Source of the DNA: an uncultured Acidobacteriota bacterium
GTDB taxonomy: Bacteria; Acidobacteriota; Thermoanaerobaculia; Multivoradales; JAHEKO01
Reading direction: 5' to 3'
Assembly: GCA_963713825.1 (NCBI GenBank)
Contig: CAVQNG010000034.1
Coordinates: 64,001-128,000 of the forward strand
Length of the DNA: 64,000 bases
The position numbers were made by a program, and so were the translations under genes. Below, in pieces: positions 41,758 through 51,015 of the stretch. How positions within the stretch are numbered: the first letter of the stretch is position 1; the number at the start of each line of letters is the position of its first letter. The notes beneath the pieces were generated by a model that was not told where the DNA came from, ran no database searches, and was given only the letters and a program-made list of their open reading frames with translations.

Positions 41758-43935
41758 ATGACTTCCTCTGAGTCGAGCCGAGTTGTGCAGCGCAGCGCAG
41801 GGCTGCACGTGGCGCTGATCAGCATTCACGGCCTCATTCGAGGGCATGAACTCGAGCTCGGGCGAGATGCCGACACGGGCGGTCAAACGCTGTACGTGGT
41901 GGAGTTGGCCCGAGCGCTTGCCGAGCGGTCCGACATAGCTCAGGTCGATCTGCTCACCCGGCGAGTCGTGGACTTGAATGTCGGTGACGACTACGCGCAG
42001 CCGATCGAAGACCTTGCCGGGAAGGCCCGTATCGTGCGTCTCGATTGCGGCCCTGAAGAGTACCTTCGCAAGGAAGAGCTGTGGGATCACCTGGACACGT
42101 TTGTCGACAACGCGATGGCGTTCTACGCGGAAAAGGAGCGCACTCCGGATGTCGTGCACAGCCACTATGCGGACGCGGGCTACGCGGGCGTCAGGCTTTC
42201 GAACCTGCTCGGCTTGCCCCTGATTCACACCGGCCACTCTTTGGGCCGCGTGAAGCGTCGGCGGCTCCTGGCGTCAGGTCTGATCGCCGAGTCGATCGAG
42301 CAGCGATACAACATGACGCGCCGCATCGACGCCGAAGAGGAGACTTTGGCTGCCGCGGAGCTGGTGATCGTTTCGACCGCCAACGAGATCGAGGAGCAGT
42401 ACGAGCTCTACGATCACTACCAGCCGGAGCAGATGCGGGTCGTGCCTCCAGGTACAGACCTCGGGCGCTTCAGGGCTCCGGATGGGAGTGAGCGCGAACA
42501 CCCAATCTATAAAGTGCTCTGTCGGTTTCTGAGGGATCCGGAGAAGCCGATGGTGTTGGCCCTGGCTCGGCCAGATGAGAGGAAGAACCTGATTGGTCTG
42601 GTCGAGGCGTATGGAGAATCGGAGCGGCTTCAGCATGAGGCCAACCTGGTGATCGTCGCCGGTACTCGCGAAGACCTGCGGGAGATGGAGGATGCGGCAG
42701 CGCAGGTGCAGCTCGATATTCTCCTCGGCATCGACTCGAACGATCTCTATGGCAAGGTTGCATTTCCGAAGCGGCTCACTCCGGACGATGTCGCTCATCT
42801 CTATCGTCTGGCTGCGTTGAGCGGTGGGCTGTTCATCAACCCGGCCTTGACCGAGCCTTTTGGCCTCACTTTGATTGAAGCGGCGGCAAGTGGATTGCCA
42901 ATCGTCGCCACCGAGGACGGCGGACCGAGCGACATCATCGCCAACTGCTCGAACGGTCTACTTGTCGATCCCCTGGACTCTGATGCGATGACTTCGGCCA
43001 TGCTCGAGGTGCTTTCAGGCGGCGAGCGCTGGAGACAACTGTCAGAGAACGGCCTCGAGGGCGTGCGAGAGCATTATTCGTGGTCTGCGCACGCCGACCG
43101 TTATCTCTCCGAGCTGCGACCGATCCTGGCGAGGGTCGAGCCGAGACCGCAGCCAAAGCTCCGGCGCCGGCCGATGATCTACCACGATCTGGCACTGTTT
43201 ACGGATCTGGATCAGAACCTTCTCGGGGATCGGGCGTCCTTGGCGGAGCTCGTCTCCCTATTGAGAGAAAACCGCAAGAGCGCCACTTTCGGCATCGCCA
43301 CCGGACGCCGGCTCGATTCGGCGCTCAAGGCAATGCGGAGATACGGAATCCCGCAGCCGGATGTGCTCATCACGTCGGTCGGTACCGAGATTCACTACGC
43401 GCCACGGATGACGCTCGATACGGCATGGTCCGAGCACATCGATCACCTGTGGACGCCGAGAACCCTGCGCCGGATTCTGACCGAGCTCCCCGGCCTCGAG
43501 CTGCAGCCCAGGAGAGAACGCAGCCGCTTCAAGTTGAGCTACTACTACGATGCGAAGAAGGCGCCGTCGTACGAAGAGATCCTGAGTATCTTGCGGCAGA
43601 GGGATCAGACGGTGAACGCCTTCTTGTCGTTCGGTCAGTATCTGGATCTCACGCCGATTCGCGCCTCGAAGGGGTTTGCAGTGCGATGGTTTGCCGAACA
43701 TTGGGACATTCCGGTCGAGAAGATCCTGGCTGCCGGAGGCTCAGGAACGGACGAGGACATGATGCGTGGCAACACGCTTGCTGTCGTTGTCGCCAACCGG
43801 CACGAAGAGGAGCTGTCGCAGCTCACCGACGTCGATCGCATCTTCTTTGCCACGAAACCCTACGCCGCAGGCATCGTCGAGGCCATCGAGCACTACGATT
43901 TCTTCGGAGATTGCCGGGCACCGGGTGAGGCGTGA
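41758..43935 (+). CDS. Sucrose-phosphate synthase (GT4 domain plus degenerate HAD domain)
   Basis: SIHGLIRG...LGRDADTGGQTLYVVELARAL, HSHYADAG, HTGHSLGRVK, ARPDERKN, NPALTEPFGLTLIEAAA. HAD-like DLDQN. Confidence 0.93.
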   Translation: MTSSESSRVVQRSAGLHVALISIHGLIRGHELELGRDADTGGQTLYVVELARALAERSDIAQVDLLTRRVVDLNVGDDYAQPIEDLAGKARIVRLDCGPEEYLRKEELWDHLDTFVDNAMAFYAEKERTPDVVHSHYADAGYAGVRLSNLLGLPLIHTGHSLGRVKRRRLLASGLIAESIEQRYNMTRRIDAEEETLAAAELVIVSTANEIEEQYELYDHYQPEQMRVVPPGTDLGRFRAPDGSEREHPIYKVLCRFLRDPEKPMVLALARPDERKNLIGLVEAYGESERLQHEANLVIVAGTREDLREMEDAAAQVQLDILLGIDSNDLYGKVAFPKRLTPDDVAHLYRLAALSGGLFINPALTEPFGLTLIEAAASGLPIVATEDGGPSDIIANCSNGLLVDPLDSDAMTSAMLEVLSGGERWRQLSENGLEGVREHYSWSAHADRYLSELRPILARVEPRPQPKLRRRPMIYHDLALFTDLDQNLLGDRASLAELVSLLRENRKSATFGIATGRRLDSALKAMRRYGIPQPDVLITSVGTEIHYAPRMTLDTAWSEHIDHLWTPRTLRRILTELPGLELQPRRERSRFKLSYYYDAKKAPSYEEILSILRQRDQTVNAFLSFGQYLDLTPIRASKGFAVRWFAEHWDIPVEKILAAGGSGTDEDMMRGNTLAVVVANRHEEELSQLTDVDRIFFATKPYAAGIVEAIEHYDFFGDCRAPGEA

Positions 43936-44771
43936 GCCGGCGAATCCTCATCTGTACCGACCTCGACGGCACATTGATCCCTGATGGACGCGCGCCCGAG
44001 TCGCCCTCAGCCAGAGAGCGCTTCGCGCGGGTCGTCGCCCGATCCGAGGTGACGCTTGCCTACGTAACGGGTCGCCATCAGGCGCTCGTCGAGGAAGCGA
44101 TCGTCGGTTTCTCCCTGCCGGTCCCGCAGATCGTGATCGCTGATGTCGGAGCGACGATCTACGACATAGATCAGGGAAGCTGGCGGTCATGGAAGTCGTG
44201 GGAGAGCAAGCTGGCGGAGCAGTGGGACACCAGTACGGCGAAGGGGCTCATCATGCTTCTGCCTGAGGAGTTCGCCGGTCTCCGGGCTCAGGAGGCAAGC
44301 AAGCAGGCCGAGTTCAAGGTCAGCTTCTACCTCGAGAGCGGCGCTGACTCCCGGCAGATCCTGGCCAACGTCAGGGATCGGCTCGCGCGGCTCGAAACGC
44401 CCGCGCGGTTGATCTTCAGCCGGGACAGCTTCGGGATAGGCTTGCTCGATCTGCTGCCGCCGGCGGCCGGTAAGCTTTCGGCCATCGAGTTCCTTATGGA
44501 ACAACGAGGCTTTCGACCTGAGGGTACCGTTTTCTCTGGCGACAGCGGCAACGACCTGGAAGTCCTGGCGAGCCGTCTTCCTTCCGTCCTGGTGGCCAAT
44601 GCGGGCGCGGAGGTCCAGGAGCAGGCGCGGGAGACGGCCGCCGCGAAAGGCCACTCGGAGGCCCTGTACATCGCGCGCGGCGGCCTCCTTGGCATGAACG
44701 CCAACTACGCGGCAGGCATTTTGGAGGGCCTCGTGCATTTTCTGCCGGAGACGTCCGATTGGGTGCGCTGA
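43932..44771 (+). CDS. Sucrose-phosphate phosphatase-like HAD-IIB hydrolase
   Basis: CTDLDGTL, YVTGR, AGKLSA, SGDSGNDL. GTGA-coupled to SPS. Confidence 0.9.
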   Translation: MSRRILICTDLDGTLIPDGRAPESPSARERFARVVARSEVTLAYVTGRHQALVEEAIVGFSLPVPQIVIADVGATIYDIDQGSWRSWKSWESKLAEQWDTSTAKGLIMLLPEEFAGLRAQEASKQAEFKVSFYLESGADSRQILANVRDRLARLETPARLIFSRDSFGIGLLDLLPPAAGKLSAIEFLMEQRGFRPEGTVFSGDSGNDLEVLASRLPSVLVANAGAEVQEQARETAAAKGHSEALYIARGGLLGMNANYAAGILEGLVHFLPETSDWVR

Positions 44772-45664
44772 CCGATTCCGAGACCGTCGAGCGGGTCGTG
44801 GTCTTCGGAGAAGTGCTGTTTGACCGTTTCCCGGATGGTTGCGAGGTCCTGGGCGGTGCTCCGTTCAATGTGGCGTGGAATCTCCAGGCTCTTGACGCGC
44901 GACCAATCCTGATCAGTCGAGTTGGCAATGACCGGTTCGGCAGGCGAATCCTGGCCGCGATGAAGGAGTGGGGGATGGACCTTGCCGGAATGCAGGTCGA
45001 CGAGCACCTTCCGACCGGAACGGTCGAAGTGGCCCTGGTCGGCGGAGAACCGAGATTCGACATCGTTGCTGATCGCGCGTACGACGCTATCGACCAGGAG
45101 TTGATTGCCGAGCTCCCCGCAGGCTTCGTTCTCTATCACGGGAGCCTTGCGTGTCGCTCGCGACAATCCCGCGCCGCTCTCGAAAGCCTCATCCGGCGTG
45201 GTCCGGGGTCCGTCTTTTTCGACGTCAATCTGCGCTCTCCCTGGTGGGACGAAGGGCGCGTTCATGGACTGATCTGCACCGCGAACGAAGTCAAGATGAA
45301 CGAAGACGAGCTCGAGCGGTTGTCGCCCGGAGCGCGAGGACGTGAGAGTCGAGCGTCCGACTTGCTCTCTCGCTATGGCTGCGATCGACTGCATCTCACC
45401 CGGGGCGCGCACGGTGCGATAACCTTTGCCGTTCGAGGTGGGCCTTACGAGGTGAGGCCGGCGAGCGAGACGGAGATCGTCGACACGGTAGGAGCGGGGG
45501 ACGCGTTCTCCTCCGTGCTCATTCTCGGCCGAGTACGGGATTGGCCCCTCGAAACGACGCTTGAAAGGGCTCAGGAGTTTGCGGCTGCGGTGGTCGGGCT
45601 GCGTGGCGCGACGACGACGGAGCGCATCTTCTACGAGCGGTTCACGAAGGCCTGGAATTCTTGA
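44759..45664 (+). CDS. PfkB-family carbohydrate kinase (fructokinase)
   Basis: FGEVLFD, GGAPFNVA, FDVNLR, VKMNEDE, VDTVGAGDAF. Start is approximate. Confidence 0.92.
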   Translation: MGALTDSETVERVVVFGEVLFDRFPDGCEVLGGAPFNVAWNLQALDARPILISRVGNDRFGRRILAAMKEWGMDLAGMQVDEHLPTGTVEVALVGGEPRFDIVADRAYDAIDQELIAELPAGFVLYHGSLACRSRQSRAALESLIRRGPGSVFFDVNLRSPWWDEGRVHGLICTANEVKMNEDELERLSPGARGRESRASDLLSRYGCDRLHLTRGAHGAITFAVRGGPYEVRPASETEIVDTVGAGDAFSSVLILGRVRDWPLETTLERAQEFAAAVVGLRGATTTERIFYERFTKAWNS

Positions 45665-48069
45665 TGAACTCGAACAGCAAACTCGCGAACGACCTCAGAC
45701 GCTTCCTCAACGAGGAACCGGCGTCGGCTCGAGACTTCTTCCATCAGCTAAGGGCCGCAGAACGGCCGTTTCTCCTTCGCAGTGACGTGCAGGATATTCT
45801 GGCCGGGTTTTGTGCCAGTGATGGGGCCCCGGCGGCCGAAGAGAGCCCCTTGGTGCAGGCACTCGACATCGCTCAGGAGGTGACGATCGAGCCGAACTGG
45901 ATCTACCTCGCGCTGCGGCGCAGGCCGGCGAGTTGGGCGTATCTGCGCATACACCTGGAGACGCTTGCCGTTGAGGCGGTCGATGTGGCCGGGTACCTTG
46001 CCTGCAAGGAGCGGCTTGTCGATGGTGCGACAGCCGACGAAGACTGGACTCTCGAGATCGATCTCGAGCCCTTTTCGCGCCACCTCGCGAAGCTCAAGGA
46101 GGCCAGATCGATCGGGCGAGGTGTGGAGTTTCTCAATCGTCGTCTTTCGAGTCGTTTGTTCGAGGGAGGAGGAAAGGGGGAAGAGCTTCTTCTCGATTTT
46201 CTCCGCGTGCACGCGTATCGCGACAGACAGCTCTTGCTCAACGGTTCAATCCAGGACGTGGCCGATTTGCGTCGAGCTCTGCGTGAAGCGATCGACCGGC
46301 TCTCTCGCCTGGGCACGGCAGCGACCTGGCACGAGCACCAACCAGCGCTGCGAGCGCTTGGCTTCGAGCCTGGTTGGGGGCGCACGGTCGCCCAGGTCAT
46401 TGAGACCATGGGTTTACTGCTCGACATTCTGGAGGCCCCATCACCGGACGCGCTCGAGACCTTCCTGGGTCGGCTGCCGATGATCTTTTCGATCGCGATC
46501 ATCTCGCCGCACGGTTGGTTTGGTCAGGCAAACGTCCTGGGCCGACCCGACACCGGAGGCCAGGTCGTCTACATTTTGGATCAGGTGCGAGCGCTCGAAC
46601 AGGAGATGCGACGCGGTCTCTTCGACCAAGGGCTCAACATCGCTCCGCAGATCGTCGTTGTGACGCGTTTGATTCCTGAAGCTGAAGGGACCACCTGCGA
46701 TCAACGCGTTGAGGAGATCGCGGCGACAAGGAATGCGCGAATCCTGCGCGTGCCGTTCCGTGAGCCTGCCGGTGACATCGTGCCACACTGGATCTCCCGG
46801 TTCGAGATCTGGCCCTATCTGGAGCGCTTCGCGCGTGATGTCGAGCGTGAGCTGCCGACCGAGCTCGGCGGGCGACCTGATCTGGTCATCGGCAACTACT
46901 CGGACGGCAACCTGGTGGCGTCGCTGCTGGCGCCACGGCTCGGTGTGACCCAGTGCAACATCGCGCACGCGCTGGAGAAGACCAAGTACCTGTTCTCAGA
47001 TCTCTACTGGCGCGAGAACGACGACAAATACCACTTCTCGTGTCAGTTCACGGCCGACCTGATCTCGATGAATGCCGCCGACTTCATCATCACGAGCACC
47101 TATCAGGAGATCGCGGGGACCGAGGACAGCATCGGCCAATACGAAGCCCACAGCGCTTTCACGATGCCGGGTCTCTACCGGGTGGTGCAGGGGATCGACG
47201 TGCTCGATCCCAAGTTCAACATCGTCTCCCCGGGCGCCGCCGCCGACCTCTTCTTTCCGGCCAGCAAAGAGGATCTGCGGTTGACGCACCTGCTGCCCGA
47301 GCTCCAAGAGCTGGTCTGCGGGGATCGTGAGGACGGCTCGGCGTGGGGAGTGCTCGCAAAGCCCGAGAGACCGCTTCTTTTCAGCATGGCGCGGCTCGAC
47401 CGAATCAAGAACATTACCGGAGTGGTGGACTGGTTCGGCAAAAGCGAGCGTCTTCGCGAACAGGCGAATCTACTCATTGTTGGCGGCTTCGTCGATCCCC
47501 AGCGCTCGCAGGATGCCGACGAGCTCGAGCAGATCGAGCTCATGCACGAGCTTCTCGAGACCCATGATCTTCGGGGCAATGTGCGCTGGCTCGAGGCGGA
47601 GGTGGACAGAGAACGCAACGGCGAGCTCTATCGGTTCGTCGCGGACCAGAAGGGGGCCTTCGTCCAGCCGGCGCTGTTCGAAGCGTTCGGTCTCACTGTC
47701 ATCGAGGCCATGAGCACGGGGCTTCCGACGTTTGCGACCTGCTTTGGAGGACCGCTCGAGATCATCGAGGACGGCGTATCGGGATTCCACATCGATCCGA
47801 ACCACGGCGAGGAGGCAGCCGAGAAGATGGCTGCGTTCTTCGAGAAGTGTTCGGAGGATCCCGGATACTGGGAGCGGATTTCCCAAGGAGCGCTGGCGAG
47901 GGTCGGCAGTCGCTACACGTGGACGCGGTATGCGGAGCGACTCCTGACGCTCTCGCGCGTTTACGGCTTCTGGAGGTACGTAACGCATCTCGAACGTGAC
48001 GAGACGCAGCGATACCTCGAGATGCTGTATGCGCTGCAGTACCGCCCTCTGGCCGAACGCATGAGCTGA
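45664..48069 (+). CDS. Sucrose synthase (GT4)
   Basis: IGRGVEFLNRRLSS, GFEPGWG, SPHGWFGQANVLGRPDTGGQVVYILDQVRALE, IGNYSDGNLVA, HALEKTKY, MARLDRIKN, QPALFEAFGLTVIEAM. Confidence 0.96.
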   Translation: MNSNSKLANDLRRFLNEEPASARDFFHQLRAAERPFLLRSDVQDILAGFCASDGAPAAEESPLVQALDIAQEVTIEPNWIYLALRRRPASWAYLRIHLETLAVEAVDVAGYLACKERLVDGATADEDWTLEIDLEPFSRHLAKLKEARSIGRGVEFLNRRLSSRLFEGGGKGEELLLDFLRVHAYRDRQLLLNGSIQDVADLRRALREAIDRLSRLGTAATWHEHQPALRALGFEPGWGRTVAQVIETMGLLLDILEAPSPDALETFLGRLPMIFSIAIISPHGWFGQANVLGRPDTGGQVVYILDQVRALEQEMRRGLFDQGLNIAPQIVVVTRLIPEAEGTTCDQRVEEIAATRNARILRVPFREPAGDIVPHWISRFEIWPYLERFARDVERELPTELGGRPDLVIGNYSDGNLVASLLAPRLGVTQCNIAHALEKTKYLFSDLYWRENDDKYHFSCQFTADLISMNAADFIITSTYQEIAGTEDSIGQYEAHSAFTMPGLYRVVQGIDVLDPKFNIVSPGAAADLFFPASKEDLRLTHLLPELQELVCGDREDGSAWGVLAKPERPLLFSMARLDRIKNITGVVDWFGKSERLREQANLLIVGGFVDPQRSQDADELEQIELMHELLETHDLRGNVRWLEAEVDRERNGELYRFVADQKGAFVQPALFEAFGLTVIEAMSTGLPTFATCFGGPLEIIEDGVSGFHIDPNHGEEAAEKMAAFFEKCSEDPGYWERISQGALARVGSRYTWTRYAERLLTLSRVYGFWRYVTHLERDETQRYLEMLYALQYRPLAERMS

Positions 48070-48073
48070 AGGC

Positions 48074-48154
48074 GTGGCCGGCCCCGAATTCAGCTTCTCT
48101 CCTCTCGATCTCGCAATCATCGGGCTCTACGCCGCGGTTGACCTCACCCCCTGA
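48074..48154 (+). pseudogene. 5' stub of a probable sodium:solute symporter
   Basis: GTG 4 bp after the sucrose synthase stop gives MAGPEFSFSPLDLAIIGLYAAV, like the TM1 of SSS transporters (LDxxIIxxY). It is cut at an IS-like end at 48139. Confidence 0.55.
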
Positions 48155-48214
48155 AACGAGTCCAGGTTGAGCGTTAGGATTCAGCGCTGTGACCCGCCCC
48201 CAGAGTTTGCACCA
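48139..48214 (+). mobile_element. Two tandem IS3-family (IS407-like) terminal sequences without transposase
   Basis: TGACCTCACCCCCTGAAACGAGTCCA (48139-48164) and TGACCCGCCCCCAGAGTTTGCACCA (48190-48214), similar to each other and beginning 5'-TG. Confidence 0.55.
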
Positions 48215-48230
48215 CCCATCCTCCGCCAGC

Positions 48231-48338
48231 AGCGACAGTTCGTTGACCAGGTTCCAGGGTCAGCGCTTGGGCACTGAGATCTTTGCTGATGGGTTCGAAT
48301 CTGGCGACGCGAGTGCCTGGTCCGGCACGGTGCCCTGA
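48231..48338 (+). pseudogene. 3' remnant of a secreted protein ending in an IFADGFESG motif
   Basis: Frame reads ...SDSSLTRFQGQRLGTEIFADGFESGDASAWSGTVP*, with no start or upstream gene body. Confidence 0.7.
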
Positions 48339-48350
48339 CGCCGAGTGAGC

Positions 48351-49286
48351 TCAGGGGATGCAGACGAACTCGCTGCGGGCCAGCACGCGACCCGTGTCGT
48401 CGCGTGCCTCGACGGCCCAGTCACCGGCGACGCCCGGATAGAGCGTCTGGGCGCTGTAGGTCCTCCAGCTGGGCCCGCCGATCTTCAGCGACAGGTGCGT
48501 GGCTTCCACGCCCTTGTGGAGCCAGACGTGGTCGATCCTGTCGCCGCGAGCTCCGCCCTGCACGCGGGTCCAGAACCATACCCGCGTTCCAGCGGTGAAT
48601 CGGTCGTTCCGGCCCACGAGGTACCGGTTCTCGACGGCGGTACCGACACCGTACTCAGGGATACTCAGCAGCGACGCGGCGGGGGTCGGGTCAGCGGAAC
48701 GAGACTCGGGCGGCTTCACCGGAGTCGGAGCGACAGCAACGGGTGCCTCTACTTGGGTCGCGGCGACCTGGGCCAGCGCCGCCGCGGGAGTCGGAGCGAC
48801 ATCTGCCGGCGCCTTCGACGGGGAAGTCTCCGGTTCGACCGGAGCGGCGGCCACCGTCGAAGGCGTCGTCGATGCGGTCCCGTCTCGCGACAGCATCCAC
48901 CAGGCTGCGAGCATCGCGATTGCCACGACGACCAGCGCAACGAGCCAAGGCGAATATCGCGGTCGGCTTGCCGCGTCAGTCGGGATCGTAGGGGGCGCGG
49001 TCTCGGCGACCTGGTCCACCGCGATTTCCTCGATCCTGTGGAGAGACTTGTCGCGCTCCCGGTCATAGTCCTCGATCATCAGGCCGGCATCGACCTGCAG
49101 ACATTCGGCGTACCCGTGGAGACACTCCATCATCGCGGCCTCGTCGGGCAGCGCGTCGAAGTCGTTGCGCTCGAGAGCCAGTAGGAGGTCGTGATCGACG
49201 CGGAGAATGTCGGCCACGGCCTGGATGGTCAGCCCGCGGTCCTCCCGCTCAGTCTTCAGCCTGTCCCCGAAGGTATCCATCGACAC
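48351..49286 (-). CDS. RodZ-like HTH + TM + Pro/Ala linker + DUF2914-like domain protein
   Basis: FGDRLKTEREDRGLTIQAVA...LERNDFDALP HTH; one TM; C-terminus VWFWTRV..HVW..SWRTYS..GDWAVE. Confidence 0.75.
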   Translation of the reverse strand: MSMDTFGDRLKTEREDRGLTIQAVADILRVDHDLLLALERNDFDALPDEAAMMECLHGYAECLQVDAGLMIEDYDRERDKSLHRIEEIAVDQVAETAPPTIPTDAASRPRYSPWLVALVVVAIAMLAAWWMLSRDGTASTTPSTVAAAPVEPETSPSKAPADVAPTPAAALAQVAATQVEAPVAVAPTPVKPPESRSADPTPAASLLSIPEYGVGTAVENRYLVGRNDRFTAGTRVWFWTRVQGGARGDRIDHVWLHKGVEATHLSLKIGGPSWRTYSAQTLYPGVAGDWAVEARDDTGRVLARSEFVCIP

Positions 49287-49472
49287 ATTCTCTCCCAGCT
49301 GTCAAGCTGGGGACGCGTTGCCGTCAACTCGAGGTGGTGCGGACGGCAACGTCGAGAAGGACGAGGGCCGGTTTGCAAGCACCTTGTCGAGTGCCCTGAC
49401 AGGTAGAGGTCTGGTGGTATCGTTCGAGCGCGGGTGTAGCCCATTCAGGGTGCAGATAGGCGGGGAAATTCC

Positions 49473-50993
49473 ATGATCGAGCTGACAGGTACCGGATTGA
49501 CTCTCGAGCAGTTCGATGCCGTCGTGCATGAGCAGGAACCCTGCGAGGTCTCGGGCCAGGCCCGAGAGGCCCTGACTCGGTCCAGAGAGGTGATCCAGCG
49601 CCTCGAAGCTCGTGCGATGGACGGAGAACCGGTCTACGGCGTCAATACCGGTTTCGGCGACCTGGCCAGGGTCCGAATTCCCCAGGATCAGATCCGTGTC
49701 CTGCAGGAACGGCTGGTCATGAGCCATGCAGCTGGAGTCGGAGATCCCCTGCCTTCCGAAGTGGTGCGGGGCATGCTTCTACTGCGATCCAACGCCCTGG
49801 CGAGAGGCTTCTCTGGGGTGCGGCCGGAGCTCGTGGAATTTCTGCTCGGCATGCTCAATCGGGACCTCCTGCCGGTGGTGCCAAGTCGTGGCTCGGTCGG
49901 AGCCAGCGGCGATCTGGCGCCGTTGGCTCACTTGGCTCTGCCGGTGATCGGCCGCGGCCGAGTTCGTTTCGAGGGCGAAGAGATGTTGACCGTCGAAGGT
50001 CTGCAGCGAGTCGGCCTCGAGCCTGTTGGCCTCGAACCCAAAGAGGGCTTGGCACTGATCAACGGTACTCAGGCGATGACCTCGCTGTTGGCCCTGGCGG
50101 TTCTCGAGGTCCGACGCCAGGTGAAGGTCGCCGATCTGATCGGCGCCTTGACCACCGAGGCTCTACTTGGCACCGATACCCCTTTTCAAGCGCGGATCCA
50201 TGAGCTCAGGTCCTACCCGGGTCAGCGTGCGAGCGCAGCGAATCTCTGGGACCTGATGCAGAGCTCGGGGATTCGTGAATCGCATCGAGAGAATGATCCG
50301 CGCGTCCAGGATCCCTATTCGGTCCGCTGCATGCCCCAGGTCCACGGAGCCGTGCGTGACGTGCTGACGGATGTAGAGCGTCGCCTCGAGATCGAGATGA
50401 ATGCTGTCACCGACAATCCACTGGTCTTTGCCGAGGACGACGAGATCCTGAGTGGTGGCAACTTCCATGGCGAGCCGATTGCCATGGCCGCCGATTTTCT
50501 GGCCGTCGCGACGGCCGAGCTGGGCTCCATCAGCGAGCGTCGAATCGACAAGCTGACCGATTCGACTTTCTCTGGGCTGCCGCCGTTTCTGACCGAGGAT
50601 CCGGGCCTGAACTCCGGGTTCATGATCGGTCAGGTCACCGCCGCGGCACTCGTCAGCGAAAACAAGACACTGGCTCATCCAGCGAGCGTCGACTCGATCC
50701 CGACCTCGGCGGAGAAGGAGGACCACGTCTCCATGGGGATGTGGGCAGCGCTCAAGCTCGGTCAGGTGGTGAGAAACGTCGACCGTATCCTGGGGATCGA
50801 GCTGCTGGCCGCCGCCCAGGGGATCGATCTCAGGCAACCTTTGCATCCAAGTCCGGCTTTGTCGCGGTTGCACGACTCGATTCGCAAGCTGGTGCCGAAA
50901 TGGGAAGAGGATCGCGAGCTGGCACCCGATTTGGCCGTGGCGGAGAGATTTATCGCCGAAGACATCGAGCCTCACATTAGCGACCTGCAGTGA
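49473..50993 (+). CDS. hutH: Histidine ammonia-lyase
   Basis: [21 protein letters not shown] (MIO ASG), [24 protein letters not shown]. Confidence 0.96.
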   Translation: MIELTGTGLTLEQFDAVVHEQEPCEVSGQAREALTRSREVIQRLEARAMDGEPVYGVNTGFGDLARVRIPQDQIRVLQERLVMSHAAGVGDPLPSEVVRGMLLLRSNALARGFSGVRPELVEFLLGMLNRDLLPVVPSRGSVGASGDLAPLAHLALPVIGRGRVRFEGEEMLTVEGLQRVGLEPVGLEPKEGLALINGTQAMTSLLALAVLEVRRQVKVADLIGALTTEALLGTDTPFQARIHELRSYPGQRASAANLWDLMQSSGIRESHRENDPRVQDPYSVRCMPQVHGAVRDVLTDVERRLEIEMNAVTDNPLVFAEDDEILSGGNFHGEPIAMAADFLAVATAELGSISERRIDKLTDSTFSGLPPFLTEDPGLNSGFMIGQVTAAALVSENKTLAHPASVDSIPTSAEKEDHVSMGMWAALKLGQVVRNVDRILGIELLAAAQGIDLRQPLHPSPALSRLHDSIRKLVPKWEEDRELAPDLAVAERFIAEDIEPHISDLQ

Positions 50994-51015
50994 TTGCGAG
51001 GAGGAAGGACCAGCA

